From IMG/VR virus record IMGVR_UViG_3300003886_000002: 64,000 nt of DNA, one strand, 5' to 3'. The notes under the pieces were generated by a model, which saw only the letters and a program-made list of their open reading frames with translations, made no database searches and was not told where the DNA came from. Both the position numbers and the translations under genes were made by a program. Shown here piece after piece: positions 54,267 to 63,264 of the stretch; within the stretch, counting starts at the first letter, position 1, and each line of letters starts with the position of its first letter. This DNA comes from a virus.

Positions 54267-55150
54267 TATGCAACCTCTGTCCAGATGATTGCCACGTCAC
54301 CGGCGGCAGCGCTAATCGCGACGCTAAGGGTTGACTGAATCCCTGAATCTAAAGCTTCTGCCGCCCACTCATAGGTAGAGAAATTTGAAGCAGGGGAGGT
54401 GACGTTCCCGAAAGCATCAGTAACTGTAACACCTGTACGGTCATTCACTAGGAACGTTACTGCCTGGACACGGCCCACGGTGTCAACCCCTATCGCCCAC
54501 GACGATCCTGCCCCAGAGATCCTATCGTAACCTGCACGGATAGATTCCCCATCTACTGTGGTCTCAACAGTTGTTGCACACAGGACAGCAGTCCCAATCA
54601 GGACATAGGGGGTTACCCCATCCAACTCGAAATCAGAAACGGCAGTATTGACCCCATCCACATATGTGTAGACACGAATAAACGGCTCCGATGGATCAAA
54701 CCCGTCATCGCACAAGCACTTGACTTCGACATCTACATCGGATTCCGGACAAGGAATAACCACCCCGACAGGAACTACCAGAGCCCCTGTAAGGGGATCA
54801 CGCCAGAACGGTCCTGCAACTAAATCCCCTGTCTGAGGGTTATAGATTGTTATACGGACCAAAGGGGAAGGGGCGGCGTCGAAGCACACTAGTTCAGCGT
54901 CAACCACATTGGTTGGAGCAACATTTATGTCACCAGAACATACACCGACATCACCTATGACAACGTACGGGGTGAAACCATCTAACTCTGTGTCGATCGT
55001 GGCGGTGACAAAACCTGAATCGCAGTCGACCAGGTAACAGCGCAAAAACGAGGTGGCAGGCCCTGTCCCATTATCGCATAGGACTTCCCACTTAAACCGG
55101 GCGCATTCTGATGTGCCGCATCCCCCTAGTGGGATTGGTGCTCCTGTCAT
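54266..55150 (-). CDS. putative fibre/decoration protein with Cys-bracketed modules
   Basis: Three modules. Confidence 0.65.
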   Translation of the reverse strand: MTGAPIPLGGCGTSECARFKWEVLCDNGTGPATSFLRCYLVDCDSGFVTATIDTELDGFTPYVVIGDVGVCSGDINVAPTNVVDAELVCFDAAPSPLVRITIYNPQTGDLVAGPFWRDPLTGALVVPVGVVIPCPESDVDVEVKCLCDDGFDPSEPFIRVYTYVDGVNTAVSDFELDGVTPYVLIGTAVLCATTVETTVDGESIRAGYDRISGAGSSWAIGVDTVGRVQAVTFLVNDRTGVTVTDAFGNVTSPASNFSTYEWAAEALDSGIQSTLSVAISAAAGDVAIIWTEVA

Positions 55151-55188
55151 GGTTCCATCTTAGATGCCTGAGTCGATACAGTGTTGGA

Positions 55189-55665
55189 TCAGATGACCCA
55201 ATTGTCGATTACGAACACTTCACGTTCAGCACGGTCACATATCAATTGCAAAGCGTCCTGTTGCTGTTGTGGCAACCCAGGGGTGTTGAGCAGCATCCAC
55301 TCTGCATCATGGTAATCTGTCTCTGCCTTAGCACGGTTGGTGTCAAGCAGTGGCTGCATCACAACTGATACATCTGTGAGGGTAATGGACACAATCCGAT
55401 CCCTGATCACCTTGGCTTGAGTGATGGGACCGTCGCGGGCATCCCTTTGTTCTGCCATTAACGCTGCATCAGGATCTACCCCATTGGGGAGAACAGAAGT
55501 AGCGTGCTCATTGTAGAACGCTTGTTTCAGCTCCAACAACTTTACGCTGCGCTCAGCGGAAAAGGCATCGTTATCATCCAATAGGGACGCATCCCCCAAG
55601 CCAGTCGCTTTGGTAAGGGCCACTGCACGTTCAGCGGGGTTCAGGTAACTGTAGGTCATACCCAT
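55189..55665 (-). CDS. helical hypothetical protein
   Basis: ORF track. Confidence 0.55.
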   Translation of the reverse strand: MGMTYSYLNPAERAVALTKATGLGDASLLDDNDAFSAERSVKLLELKQAFYNEHATSVLPNGVDPDAALMAEQRDARDGPITQAKVIRDRIVSITLTDVSVVMQPLLDTNRAKAETDYHDAEWMLLNTPGLPQQQQDALQLICDRAEREVFVIDNWVI

Positions 55666-55667
55666 TG

Positions 55668-56813
55668 TTACACCGCCAATCCTTGCCCCTTGAGGGCAAC
55701 ATCTGCGCTAGCAAGCCAGGCATCAAGACCTGCAATCCCTGTTGGGGCAGGCAGAGGGGCCAATACGGGGGCTGCCACTGGGGCTGCCCCACGGAACCCT
55801 ACAGCATCTACAGGACCTGTCCCATGAGCGAACGTGCGTGGAGTCCCGACAGTAGCAGAACCGCCTGCGCACACAAACGATTCTGTATCGGTTACCACTG
55901 AACCTATGCCTGCTGCTGCAACAGAATCGTTAGCGCGGACACGGTGACCGTGCCCTGCAACAATCGCGGCATCTGCAACAGATGTGAGTGTAGCCACAAT
56001 ACGGTTATCGTCTCCTGCGAAAATTCCGGACCGCAACGATGCGATGCCACCACCAGGAGCGGTGACACGGCTACTGCCTGTAGCCACAGTGGCACTCGAC
56101 CCTGCATTGTCAAGCAGACTCCCTGAGCCACCCCCAATAAAGTTGGAACCGTTCTTGACCCCTGTCGTTTCACGGACAATATGGGAGAACCCGCCTGCCA
56201 CAACACTACGGTTTGTATCTAGAATCGTGTTTACCTGGCCCGCAATGATAGCGTTTGAAAAGTTCGTATCGAAAACCCCTACCAACAAACTATTACCTGA
56301 CCCGCCTCCGATAAACCCTGTGTCATCAAAATCTGTACCTGTGCCTGTGATCATGTTCCCGAAGCCGCCTGCCACTACGGCCCCCACAGATGCGACATCA
56401 TTTCCGATTCCTGCAATGATGCAGCCCGCGAACCCTGTTACTGTGTTGTTGGTGCCTGCGAGAACTGCGCTCTCTCCGAAGTCGGGGCCGAATATTGACG
56501 CCACAGTATTGCCCGTTCCCCCACCGATGAACCCTCCGGCAGCAGAGATGCTCCCTCCGCCCCCCGCAACAATACCTGAGCGGTCCGATACGACAGAGTG
56601 CCCTACCCCACCTAGGATCGTAGAATAGTCACCTGCGACAACGGCAGTAGGGTCACCTTGGTTATTGGCGAACAGCCCTGACGTGGCAGGAAGCCCCACC
56701 GCCCAATTGGTACGTACCGTATCTGACTGTACTGTGGCGTCGGGGGCGAACACCAGCGCATCAGAATCATCGGTAGGTAGGATACGGATTCTACAGCAGG
56801 AAGCGTTACCCAT
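55668..56813 (-). CDS. Gly-rich repeat fibre/adhesin-like protein
   Basis: About 11 (S/G/A)xIxGGxxNx(V/I) repeats. Confidence 0.7.
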   Translation of the reverse strand: MGNASCCRIRILPTDDSDALVFAPDATVQSDTVRTNWAVGLPATSGLFANNQGDPTAVVAGDYSTILGGVGHSVVSDRSGIVAGGGGSISAAGGFIGGGTGNTVASIFGPDFGESAVLAGTNNTVTGFAGCIIAGIGNDVASVGAVVAGGFGNMITGTGTDFDDTGFIGGGSGNSLLVGVFDTNFSNAIIAGQVNTILDTNRSVVAGGFSHIVRETTGVKNGSNFIGGGSGSLLDNAGSSATVATGSSRVTAPGGGIASLRSGIFAGDDNRIVATLTSVADAAIVAGHGHRVRANDSVAAAGIGSVVTDTESFVCAGGSATVGTPRTFAHGTGPVDAVGFRGAAPVAAPVLAPLPAPTGIAGLDAWLASADVALKGQGLAV

Positions 56814-57172
56814 CAGGGGTTACCTCCGGACACTATCGCAGCCTCGTCACCCGTCAAGGGTAGCCCGCCAATAAGTTTGGTGCGTGCAGCATCCTTTAAC
56901 GTCTGTTCAGATACAATCTGTGCGTCGAGCCACGCCTGCCCACCAACAGCCCTATTGGCCCATTCTGTCAAGTATGTGGCTTCTAACGCATCATGTTCAA
57001 CCTTCGTTATAGCCACGGCCCCTGTAGGGCTAGTGTTCTGTGTGCCGTGCACCTGCCCGTTAGTGGCCCAAGTCGAATCGTGACCAAATGCTCCACCGTC
57101 GAACGGGTCGCCGTTAAGCACTTTCCAATAGGTGCGGGACTCTACAGACCCTGGGGGGTAAACGTTCATCAC
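56813..57172 (-). CDS. putative fibre chaperone-like protein
   Basis: RTYWKV...AITKVEHDAL. Confidence 0.5.
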   Translation of the reverse strand: MMNVYPPGSVESRTYWKVLNGDPFDGGAFGHDSTWATNGQVHGTQNTSPTGAVAITKVEHDALEATYLTEWANRAVGGQAWLDAQIVSEQTLKDAARTKLIGGLPLTGDEAAIVSGGNP

Positions 57173-57882
57173 AAAGTCCCCCCGAATAAAGCAATATCTA
57201 TACCCGAGCCGAACACAGATGACACAACTGAGGATGCTCCACTAGACCCGAACAGGGCAACTGTGCTAGCAACACACACGTCTAAGGCAGTGAAGGGAGA
57301 TAGAAGTGAGCTGTCTATACGCACAGTTGGCTCAAAGGTGAAGGATATGGTTGATGTCCCCGCGTTCACGTACCCATCTGTATCAATAGTGAAGAATGGG
57401 GCACCAATAGGATCTGGGCACCCCGACGTGAACCCGTAAGAGAAACCTGCGCCAGGTTCCAAAGTCACGATAAGGACAGGATGTGTCGTAACAATCTGTG
57501 CGACAAAGAACTGGCCTGCAACAGATGGATTAGGCATCGACACAGACAACGCAGAACCCCACGCAACGTTACCTGCTGGCCCCCCCGGGAAAGGCCCAGG
57601 AGGAGTGTCTACGATGATAGGGGGAAGGGAACCTATAGGGAGACTCCCCCCACCGCCCCCAACGAAACCATAAGGACCGGTTTCGAATCCGGACCCCGGG
57701 ACACAAGCTACCCCGTTGTCAACGGGAAACCCGGCACCGAACAAAGGGTGCGGAATCGACGCAGGGATAACGGGGGTGGCGACAAGCGGGTCCAGAGGGC
57801 TACCCACCCCACTGAACCCTATACAGTCAGTATCAGATGTGGCAACAGGTACCCGGATGCGGCAACAACTACCAGCCATCAC
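57169..57882 (-). CDS. putative fibre/decoration protein
   Basis: DTDCIGFSGVGSPLDPLVATPVI resembles the repeats of 31803..32621. Confidence 0.6.
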   Translation of the reverse strand: MMAGSCCRIRVPVATSDTDCIGFSGVGSPLDPLVATPVIPASIPHPLFGAGFPVDNGVACVPGSGFETGPYGFVGGGGGSLPIGSLPPIIVDTPPGPFPGGPAGNVAWGSALSVSMPNPSVAGQFFVAQIVTTHPVLIVTLEPGAGFSYGFTSGCPDPIGAPFFTIDTDGYVNAGTSTISFTFEPTVRIDSSLLSPFTALDVCVASTVALFGSSGASSVVSSVFGSGIDIALFGGTL

Positions 57883-58556
57883 ACCACGACCTCATAGAAT
57901 ACAGTAACAATGTCACCTGCATCTACCCCATCGACAGTAAAGGGCAGGTTCAGAGGGTCAGAACCATTTCCCCATGACTCTTCGTCACCCACAAACATGG
58001 GGGTAGTGTTAACCACATTGTCTGTAACCGTTACTGACCCTGCAACCCCTACCACACGCACCTTGATAGTGAATCGGAGAACATTCGCTGGGAGAGCCCA
58101 CGTGAATACCCCAGTGAAATGCTCCCGCCGGGAAGATATAGACGCCGGGAGACAATCGATACAGTCACAATCAAAATCGACGGGGCCGATCGGAACGTAA
58201 GGGGTGACTCCATCAGCCTCTGTGTCAAACGATGAGGCGATTGTACCATCAGAGTTACGGATCTCGATACGCAGAAACTTGTTTTGGAACCCAGGGGCAC
58301 CAGACCCAAGGTCACATAACTCTCTTACCGCTACAGTCCCAGCTGTATCGGCACAGGTTACAACATCCCCAACGGGAACATACGCGGTGATCCCATCCAA
58401 CAGAGTGTCGACGATGCCGATAACTGTGCCTGTATCACAGTTAATTTGGTAGCGCCGCAGAAACGACTGATTATCGTCACAAAGAACTTGGAAACGAATA
58501 GGTTGACAATTGTCACCAGGGTCACCCGGGAGACACTCTGGGATTGGAGCTGCCAT
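57879..58556 (-). CDS. putative decoration protein with two Cys-bracketed modules
   Basis: VLCDDNQSFLRRY...DGITAYVPVG..C. Confidence 0.6.
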   Translation of the reverse strand: MAAPIPECLPGDPGDNCQPIRFQVLCDDNQSFLRRYQINCDTGTVIGIVDTLLDGITAYVPVGDVVTCADTAGTVAVRELCDLGSGAPGFQNKFLRIEIRNSDGTIASSFDTEADGVTPYVPIGPVDFDCDCIDCLPASISSRREHFTGVFTWALPANVLRFTIKVRVVGVAGSVTVTDNVVNTTPMFVGDEESWGNGSDPLNLPFTVDGVDAGDIVTVFYEVVV

Positions 58557-58559
58557 GAG

Positions 58560-59798
58560 TCAGAAGCCCTGGCACAAGTCAACCAAAATCGCGAAGCGAC
58601 AACACAAGTCGTCAGTGACAGCTGCCGTGCATTCCCCGCGATAAATCACAGTGTTGGTAGCCCTATCGAGTGCCTCCTCTATAGTCCCAGGCACCAGCTC
58701 AGACTCACCTATACGAACCTGCACAGGACCTGTAGCATATGCCCACACCTCGTTTGTTCCGGGAGGGGGCTGGCCGATAGGTCCTGTTCCAGGGTACCCG
58801 GAGCCTGACACCACCACATCGCAGCGGGCGGGGGTAAGTAGAACACGGTCGCCTGTAATGAAATCGGCTAGATCCCCAAGTTCCCCCGAAATAGGCACAG
58901 ACGCGATAGCAGTCAAGTTCAACCAACGCTCAACCAATGCAGGAGTAGCATGGATATATCCACGAGACCCTGTCCCACAGTTAGCAAGAGCCTGCGCGAA
59001 CAAGATTAAAGCTATCCCAGGGGAAACAGCCACAGGGGCAGCGAAACCGCCAGGGTTAAGAATGTGATCGTCGTCGTTAGGGGTAGCACGAACCAAACTT
59101 GGGTTAGAAGGATTCTTACCCCCCGTCCAATACTCTGCCTCAACAGCCTTCGATTTCCCAAGTTCTAGCTGCTCCAATGCACGACGCTCATACTCTGTCG
59201 CCTGCCACCCCCAAGATGAACACCTGTAGGGCACCTCAACTTGGAACGGGTCATAGAAAACGTCTTCGGTAGGGTCGACATACACAGATTTCTGGACTTG
59301 GAGTCCAGACTCCTGAATGACAGTTGCAGCCACACCTGCGCCACCACCGGCAAGGTCAATATCCGCTGCAACAATATCTGGGACGTTCGTTTCACCCAAC
59401 GCGCCTGTAAAGGTAACGACATACGGGGTGGTTCCACCACTGTCACCTGGACCGCCTGATACAACTACATCCCCAGGGGCTATGTCAGGGACAGATACAA
59501 GGCCTTCCAATGCAACCTGCACATCGAAAGCAGCAATGTCAAATGTCAAAGCAGCAGTCGTGTCACCCCCAAATGTGAGATTCCATGTCCCCGAGGTGGC
59601 ATCAACAACTATCTGCTGTACCTCACTTGTCACCCCGCACGGATTGAACACATCGGATTCGATGCAATTCTCAGGTTGGAAAACGAACCCAGACTCCCAC
59701 CGTGTCTTATCACTGACAGTAATAGCAGATCGCAGCAGATCATGGCACGGAGGAATGCTCTTGGGTGGCTGTACAACTGCTTCTGGTGCGACTGGCAT
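58560..59798 (-). CDS. capsid pentamer-like (second capsid) protein
   Basis: RWESGFVF...C, DPFQV...C.S, ALE..E..AVE, YIHA, V.GSGYPG..P; directly after the MCP. Confidence 0.7.
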   Translation of the reverse strand: MPVAPEAVVQPPKSIPPCHDLLRSAITVSDKTRWESGFVFQPENCIESDVFNPCGVTSEVQQIVVDATSGTWNLTFGGDTTAALTFDIAAFDVQVALEGLVSVPDIAPGDVVVSGGPGDSGGTTPYVVTFTGALGETNVPDIVAADIDLAGGGAGVAATVIQESGLQVQKSVYVDPTEDVFYDPFQVEVPYRCSSWGWQATEYERRALEQLELGKSKAVEAEYWTGGKNPSNPSLVRATPNDDDHILNPGGFAAPVAVSPGIALILFAQALANCGTGSRGYIHATPALVERWLNLTAIASVPISGELGDLADFITGDRVLLTPARCDVVVSGSGYPGTGPIGQPPPGTNEVWAYATGPVQVRIGESELVPGTIEEALDRATNTVIYRGECTAAVTDDLCCRFAILVDLCQGF

Positions 59799-59840
59799 AG
59801 AACCCTTCCTTTACGGGCAAAGCATAGGCGCCTAGCGCCA

Positions 59841-59872
59841 GGGCTTGGTGGAATAGTAGCCCCACCAAGCCC
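59841..59872. terminator. 11-bp perfect hairpin between the MCP and pentamer-like gene
   Basis: GGGCTTGGTGG-10nt-CCACCAAGCCC; no U-tract on the coding strand. Confidence 0.5.
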
Positions 59873-59904
59873 AAGCATCCAAACGAATGCGCTATGACAG
59901 TTTC

Positions 59905-61644
59905 CTAGGCGCAAACAAACGGAGCCAAAGGTTCCGGAGCAGTACCATCGGGACACAAGGTGTGCTCAAGTCTGATCGACTCAAGCCCAACGAAACAAAC
60001 CTGGAGCCATTCCTCAGAGAACATCTCAAGGTCATTTGTTCCGTTAAGGGAACTGTCTCGGATCATACCCACATCCAAGGTTCCGCCATCAAGCCGAACG
60101 AAGGTGCCCGGAGCGAAGATGTACGAAACGACAGTGGTTGGGAAGCTGTTGAGCACCCCTGCCGCCTGCGCAGCGTTGAACTCTTGCCCCGCTCCTGTAG
60201 CGGAGTCGTAGTAGAAACACACGTTCAGGTTCAAGGTGGCGAAAGCACACTGAACAGTACGCACAGGGTCCTCACAGATCTGAGCCAAACCTAGAGAATG
60301 ATCGTTGACCAAGTCAACGTACACAAACTCTGCGATCCAGGAAGGGAGGAACAGTTCGAGTACCGCATCCGCAGCCATGTGGTGGCGACGCCGGTAGTTT
60401 GCAGTAGCGATAGCGATGTTGTTGATCAACGACCGCACAGCGCCATAGGTGGAACCTGCGGTAACCGCAGTCGATGCATTGTCAATCGCATCAAGGTAGA
60501 AGATCTCCTTGGTCTCAGTGAAGATAACAGCCAAGTCCTGAAGGAATGACTCTACCTGCTCTGGGAATGTGCGGAAGTTCAAGTTACCGAACCGCACACA
60601 CTGAGAGACTACATCGACACGACACTCCTCAACGGGAGGACAGGCAACTGCCACACATGGCTTGGGGGCCGTTGGTGGGTATCCTGATGCGTCCTCTACC
60701 TCTGTGGTAACACGCACACCAGCGGCGGCGTCACGGAAGTCAGGAGGGGAGATGAAACGGATGCCCCCACGCGGAACCTGCACTGTTGGCAAGCAAGACT
60801 CGACAGGGTTCATGGCTTCTGCCAAGCGGAAGAAGTCATAGTCAGGCTCTAGGGGAGCACAGTTACCACCAGATGCGACAAGGGCGTTAACCTCTGCGCG
60901 TGCCTGGGCGTGACGACTGCGTACAGCGTCAAGAATCGCGAAGTTCTCCTCGTAACCGGTACCGAGCACATATGGGTGCTCGACAGTGGCGGAAGCAAGG
61001 GTGATCTTCTCGAATGTTCCTGTTGGGACACTGGCTGTGTGGCGCTTGCGGTCAACCAACAGTTCCGCGAGTGCGGAAATGTCGATGGTCTGACCATCGC
61101 TGAGGCCATTGTCGTTCACGCGGCTGCGGAATCCTGCTGCTAGAGCATCTTCCTCAACAGCGATAGGTTCAACGGCAGCGGGGCGACTCTGCTTCAGGGC
61201 GGAGACAACGGGGTGGCGTGATTCGATGACGGGCTCCACAAGGGCAACATCATCAGTGATGTCGTCGGTAGAAGCTTCCAAGGTGACTTCAACAGAAGCC
61301 TCAATGTTGTCATCTACGACAGGCTCATCATCAGAGGTGCCTTCATCAGCACCATCCAAATCAGCTTCTTCGACGTCTGCGTCATCTTCGCCTTCTGGGG
61401 CAAACCTCTGGAGGACTGCACCCACACGCTCTTCGCGTTCCGCAGCAGCAGATTCACGTGTCGTCAGCTCGTCGTTGACGCGGTCGAATTCTGAAACAAG
61501 GCGCTCAAGTTCTGAGAGCTTCGAATCATCTTTCTTGGCCTCTTCGGCTAGAGCCTCGACCTGCTCTTGGATCTGAAGTCCAAGTTGGGTAAGTTCATCT
61601 TCCGTAAGACCTGTAAGGTCTTCCGGTACCTGGATTGGGTCCAC
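59905..61644 (-). CDS. major capsid (hexamer) protein with N-terminal scaffold-like domain
   Basis: GAGGAG SD and GTG start; coiled-coil/acidic N-terminus; LVASGGNCAP...YDF, V.RGGI.F, FGNL..R.FPE, LDGGTLD.G..RDS.LN.TND...F.E. Confidence 0.9.
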   Translation of the reverse strand: MDPIQVPEDLTGLTEDELTQLGLQIQEQVEALAEEAKKDDSKLSELERLVSEFDRVNDELTTRESAAAEREERVGAVLQRFAPEGEDDADVEEADLDGADEGTSDDEPVVDDNIEASVEVTLEASTDDITDDVALVEPVIESRHPVVSALKQSRPAAVEPIAVEEDALAAGFRSRVNDNGLSDGQTIDISALAELLVDRKRHTASVPTGTFEKITLASATVEHPYVLGTGYEENFAILDAVRSRHAQARAEVNALVASGGNCAPLEPDYDFFRLAEAMNPVESCLPTVQVPRGGIRFISPPDFRDAAAGVRVTTEVEDASGYPPTAPKPCVAVACPPVEECRVDVVSQCVRFGNLNFRTFPEQVESFLQDLAVIFTETKEIFYLDAIDNASTAVTAGSTYGAVRSLINNIAIATANYRRRHHMAADAVLELFLPSWIAEFVYVDLVNDHSLGLAQICEDPVRTVQCAFATLNLNVCFYYDSATGAGQEFNAAQAAGVLNSFPTTVVSYIFAPGTFVRLDGGTLDVGMIRDSSLNGTNDLEMFSEEWLQVCFVGLESIRLEHTLCPDGTAPEPLAPFVCA

Positions 61645-61803
61645 GATCTTTTCTCCTCGTGATCATGTTGAGAATGGTTGCTTGACCCGCAAGCCCGACT
61701 ATGCCGGTCTGCTTGCTGTTGACTTCGTCAACAGCCGGTATCTCCCTAGCGGGGACACCTCCCACTATAAACACTCGCATATAGCGAAGTGTGGCAATCC
61801 GAA

Positions 61804-62007
61804 TTATCTTGCCCAGGATAGCAACGATGTGGGGTAACGGTGATGCTGCCACTTGGCTGCTACAGCAGTGATAGTTTCTCGCCAATCATCCGATTGCGAT
61901 TGGCGTAACATGCGTTCGCATTCGTTGACGCATTCAGATCCGAACACCTCGCGAATCTGATTTAGTTCATACGCCAGATCCAATGCATCGTTAATCCATC
62001 TAGTCAT
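61804..62007 (-). CDS. hypothetical protein
   Basis: AGGAGG SD upstream of ATG 62007. Confidence 0.55.
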   Translation of the reverse strand: MTRWINDALDLAYELNQIREVFGSECVNECERMLRQSQSDDWRETITAVAAKWQHHRYPTSLLSWAR

Positions 62008-62078
62008 ACTGATACCTCCTATAGGGGGCCACCTATATGATACATCAACACAGCTGCTAGCAGCAAGCAAAACGACGG

Positions 62079-62642
62079 CTAAGCATTATCTTCGACTTTA
62101 GTAACTGTTACATCTGCATCACCCAACGGAACCCCACCATCAACATCATCATCTAACCCCCCGACATTGCTCAGTGGAATGTGCTCTGGGATAGATGCCT
62201 CCGCAGGTTCCATTACCGGTTCATCTTCCGTAACTGTCCGCTGCGCCCCAGGATGCGGAGCAGGACGTTTACGCACATCAGGTTGCATCGGAAGTTCCCC
62301 AGGGGACAGATTAGAATTGTCCATACCAGGCTGCGGCATTTCACGCAACAGACGGTTATGGACAACCGTTCCATCCTCACCAGACACAGCACAATAGACA
62401 GCTAGGGCGCCACCAACCCAATGGGTACGCCTATCGTTGAGGACAAGATCAACGTCCTGTAGCCCATCCAACCACTTTTGACGCCCCTCGCATACCCTAT
62501 CCCAAGCAACCGCAAGCCCCATCTCCGAACGCTGCGGCAACTCCCCCTGAGAACCAGCACCAGACGTTTCCAAAGGAACATCGCTGTGCCGACGCGTGCA
62601 ACCCTGGTCTTTCCCCGTATCAATATGAATTCGCAATCGCAT
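62079..62642 (-). CDS. hypothetical protein with acidic tail
   Basis: ORF track. Confidence 0.5.
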   Translation of the reverse strand: MRLRIHIDTGKDQGCTRRHSDVPLETSGAGSQGELPQRSEMGLAVAWDRVCEGRQKWLDGLQDVDLVLNDRRTHWVGGALAVYCAVSGEDGTVVHNRLLREMPQPGMDNSNLSPGELPMQPDVRKRPAPHPGAQRTVTEDEPVMEPAEASIPEHIPLSNVGGLDDDVDGGVPLGDADVTVTKVEDNA

Positions 62643-62742
62643 ATAGCGATTCTACCTACAAGAGTTACAGCAGATGCAAAAAATTCAAACCACGTAAACA
62701 GATGCCGCAACAGCAACAATCCTAGGGGCCTGCTAAAGTCCC

Positions 62743-62976
62743 CTACTTGTTTTCGCCTAGCATCCCCCCCGGGTCCCACACGTGAACAGTATGTCCACTA
62801 TCATCAACGATCCGACCTGCTTTCATAGCCATTGAAATCCCGTTGGGGATCAAAGATACACCTGCTACAAACCCTGCCGACTCCCAGAACACAGTGCCTT
62901 CCCTGTCAAATGCTTGGTACGTCCCACACTTCCGGGTGACGACCGTCATTTCCTTTTTCTCTGCCTTACGCGCCAT
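62743..62976 (-). CDS. hypothetical protein
   Basis: 3' part of track ORF 62743..63078; start uncertain. Confidence 0.4.
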   Translation of the reverse strand: MARKAEKKEMTVVTRKCGTYQAFDREGTVFWESAGFVAGVSLIPNGISMAMKAGRIVDDSGHTVHVWDPGGMLGENK

Positions 62977-63017
62977 AGTTGGCTCCCCTACAACTTCCCA
63001 CCATGAGGAAATTTGAT

Positions 63018-63221
63018 CTAGATGATGCTCAAGAAACTCTTGCAAGACTTTGCCTCTGATATAGAACGTATCGCACAACAGGACAAACCGTCTCCCATTG
63101 AACTGTTGTTCATCGCGAACGCACTCAACAATCTAGCGCAAGCAGCCGGAGAAGAAAAGTTTGTACCCACACAACACGAACGCGCGTCAACTCCCATCAC
63201 CTGCCCCAAGTAGACATCCAA
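63018..63221 (-). CDS. hypothetical protein
   Basis: ORF track. Confidence 0.45.
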   Translation of the reverse strand: MDVYLGQVMGVDARSCCVGTNFSSPAACARLLSAFAMNNSSMGDGLSCCAIRSISEAKSCKSFLSII

Positions 63222-63264
63222 CGGAAACTATAGCCAAAGGGGAGATTAGCCCCCAGGGGGCAAC

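Noticed and set aside
52524-58556. Diversity-generating retroelement TR/VR pair among the repeated modules
   Set aside because: Repeats are divergent at all positions rather than at adenines only, and no reverse transcriptase is present in the window.
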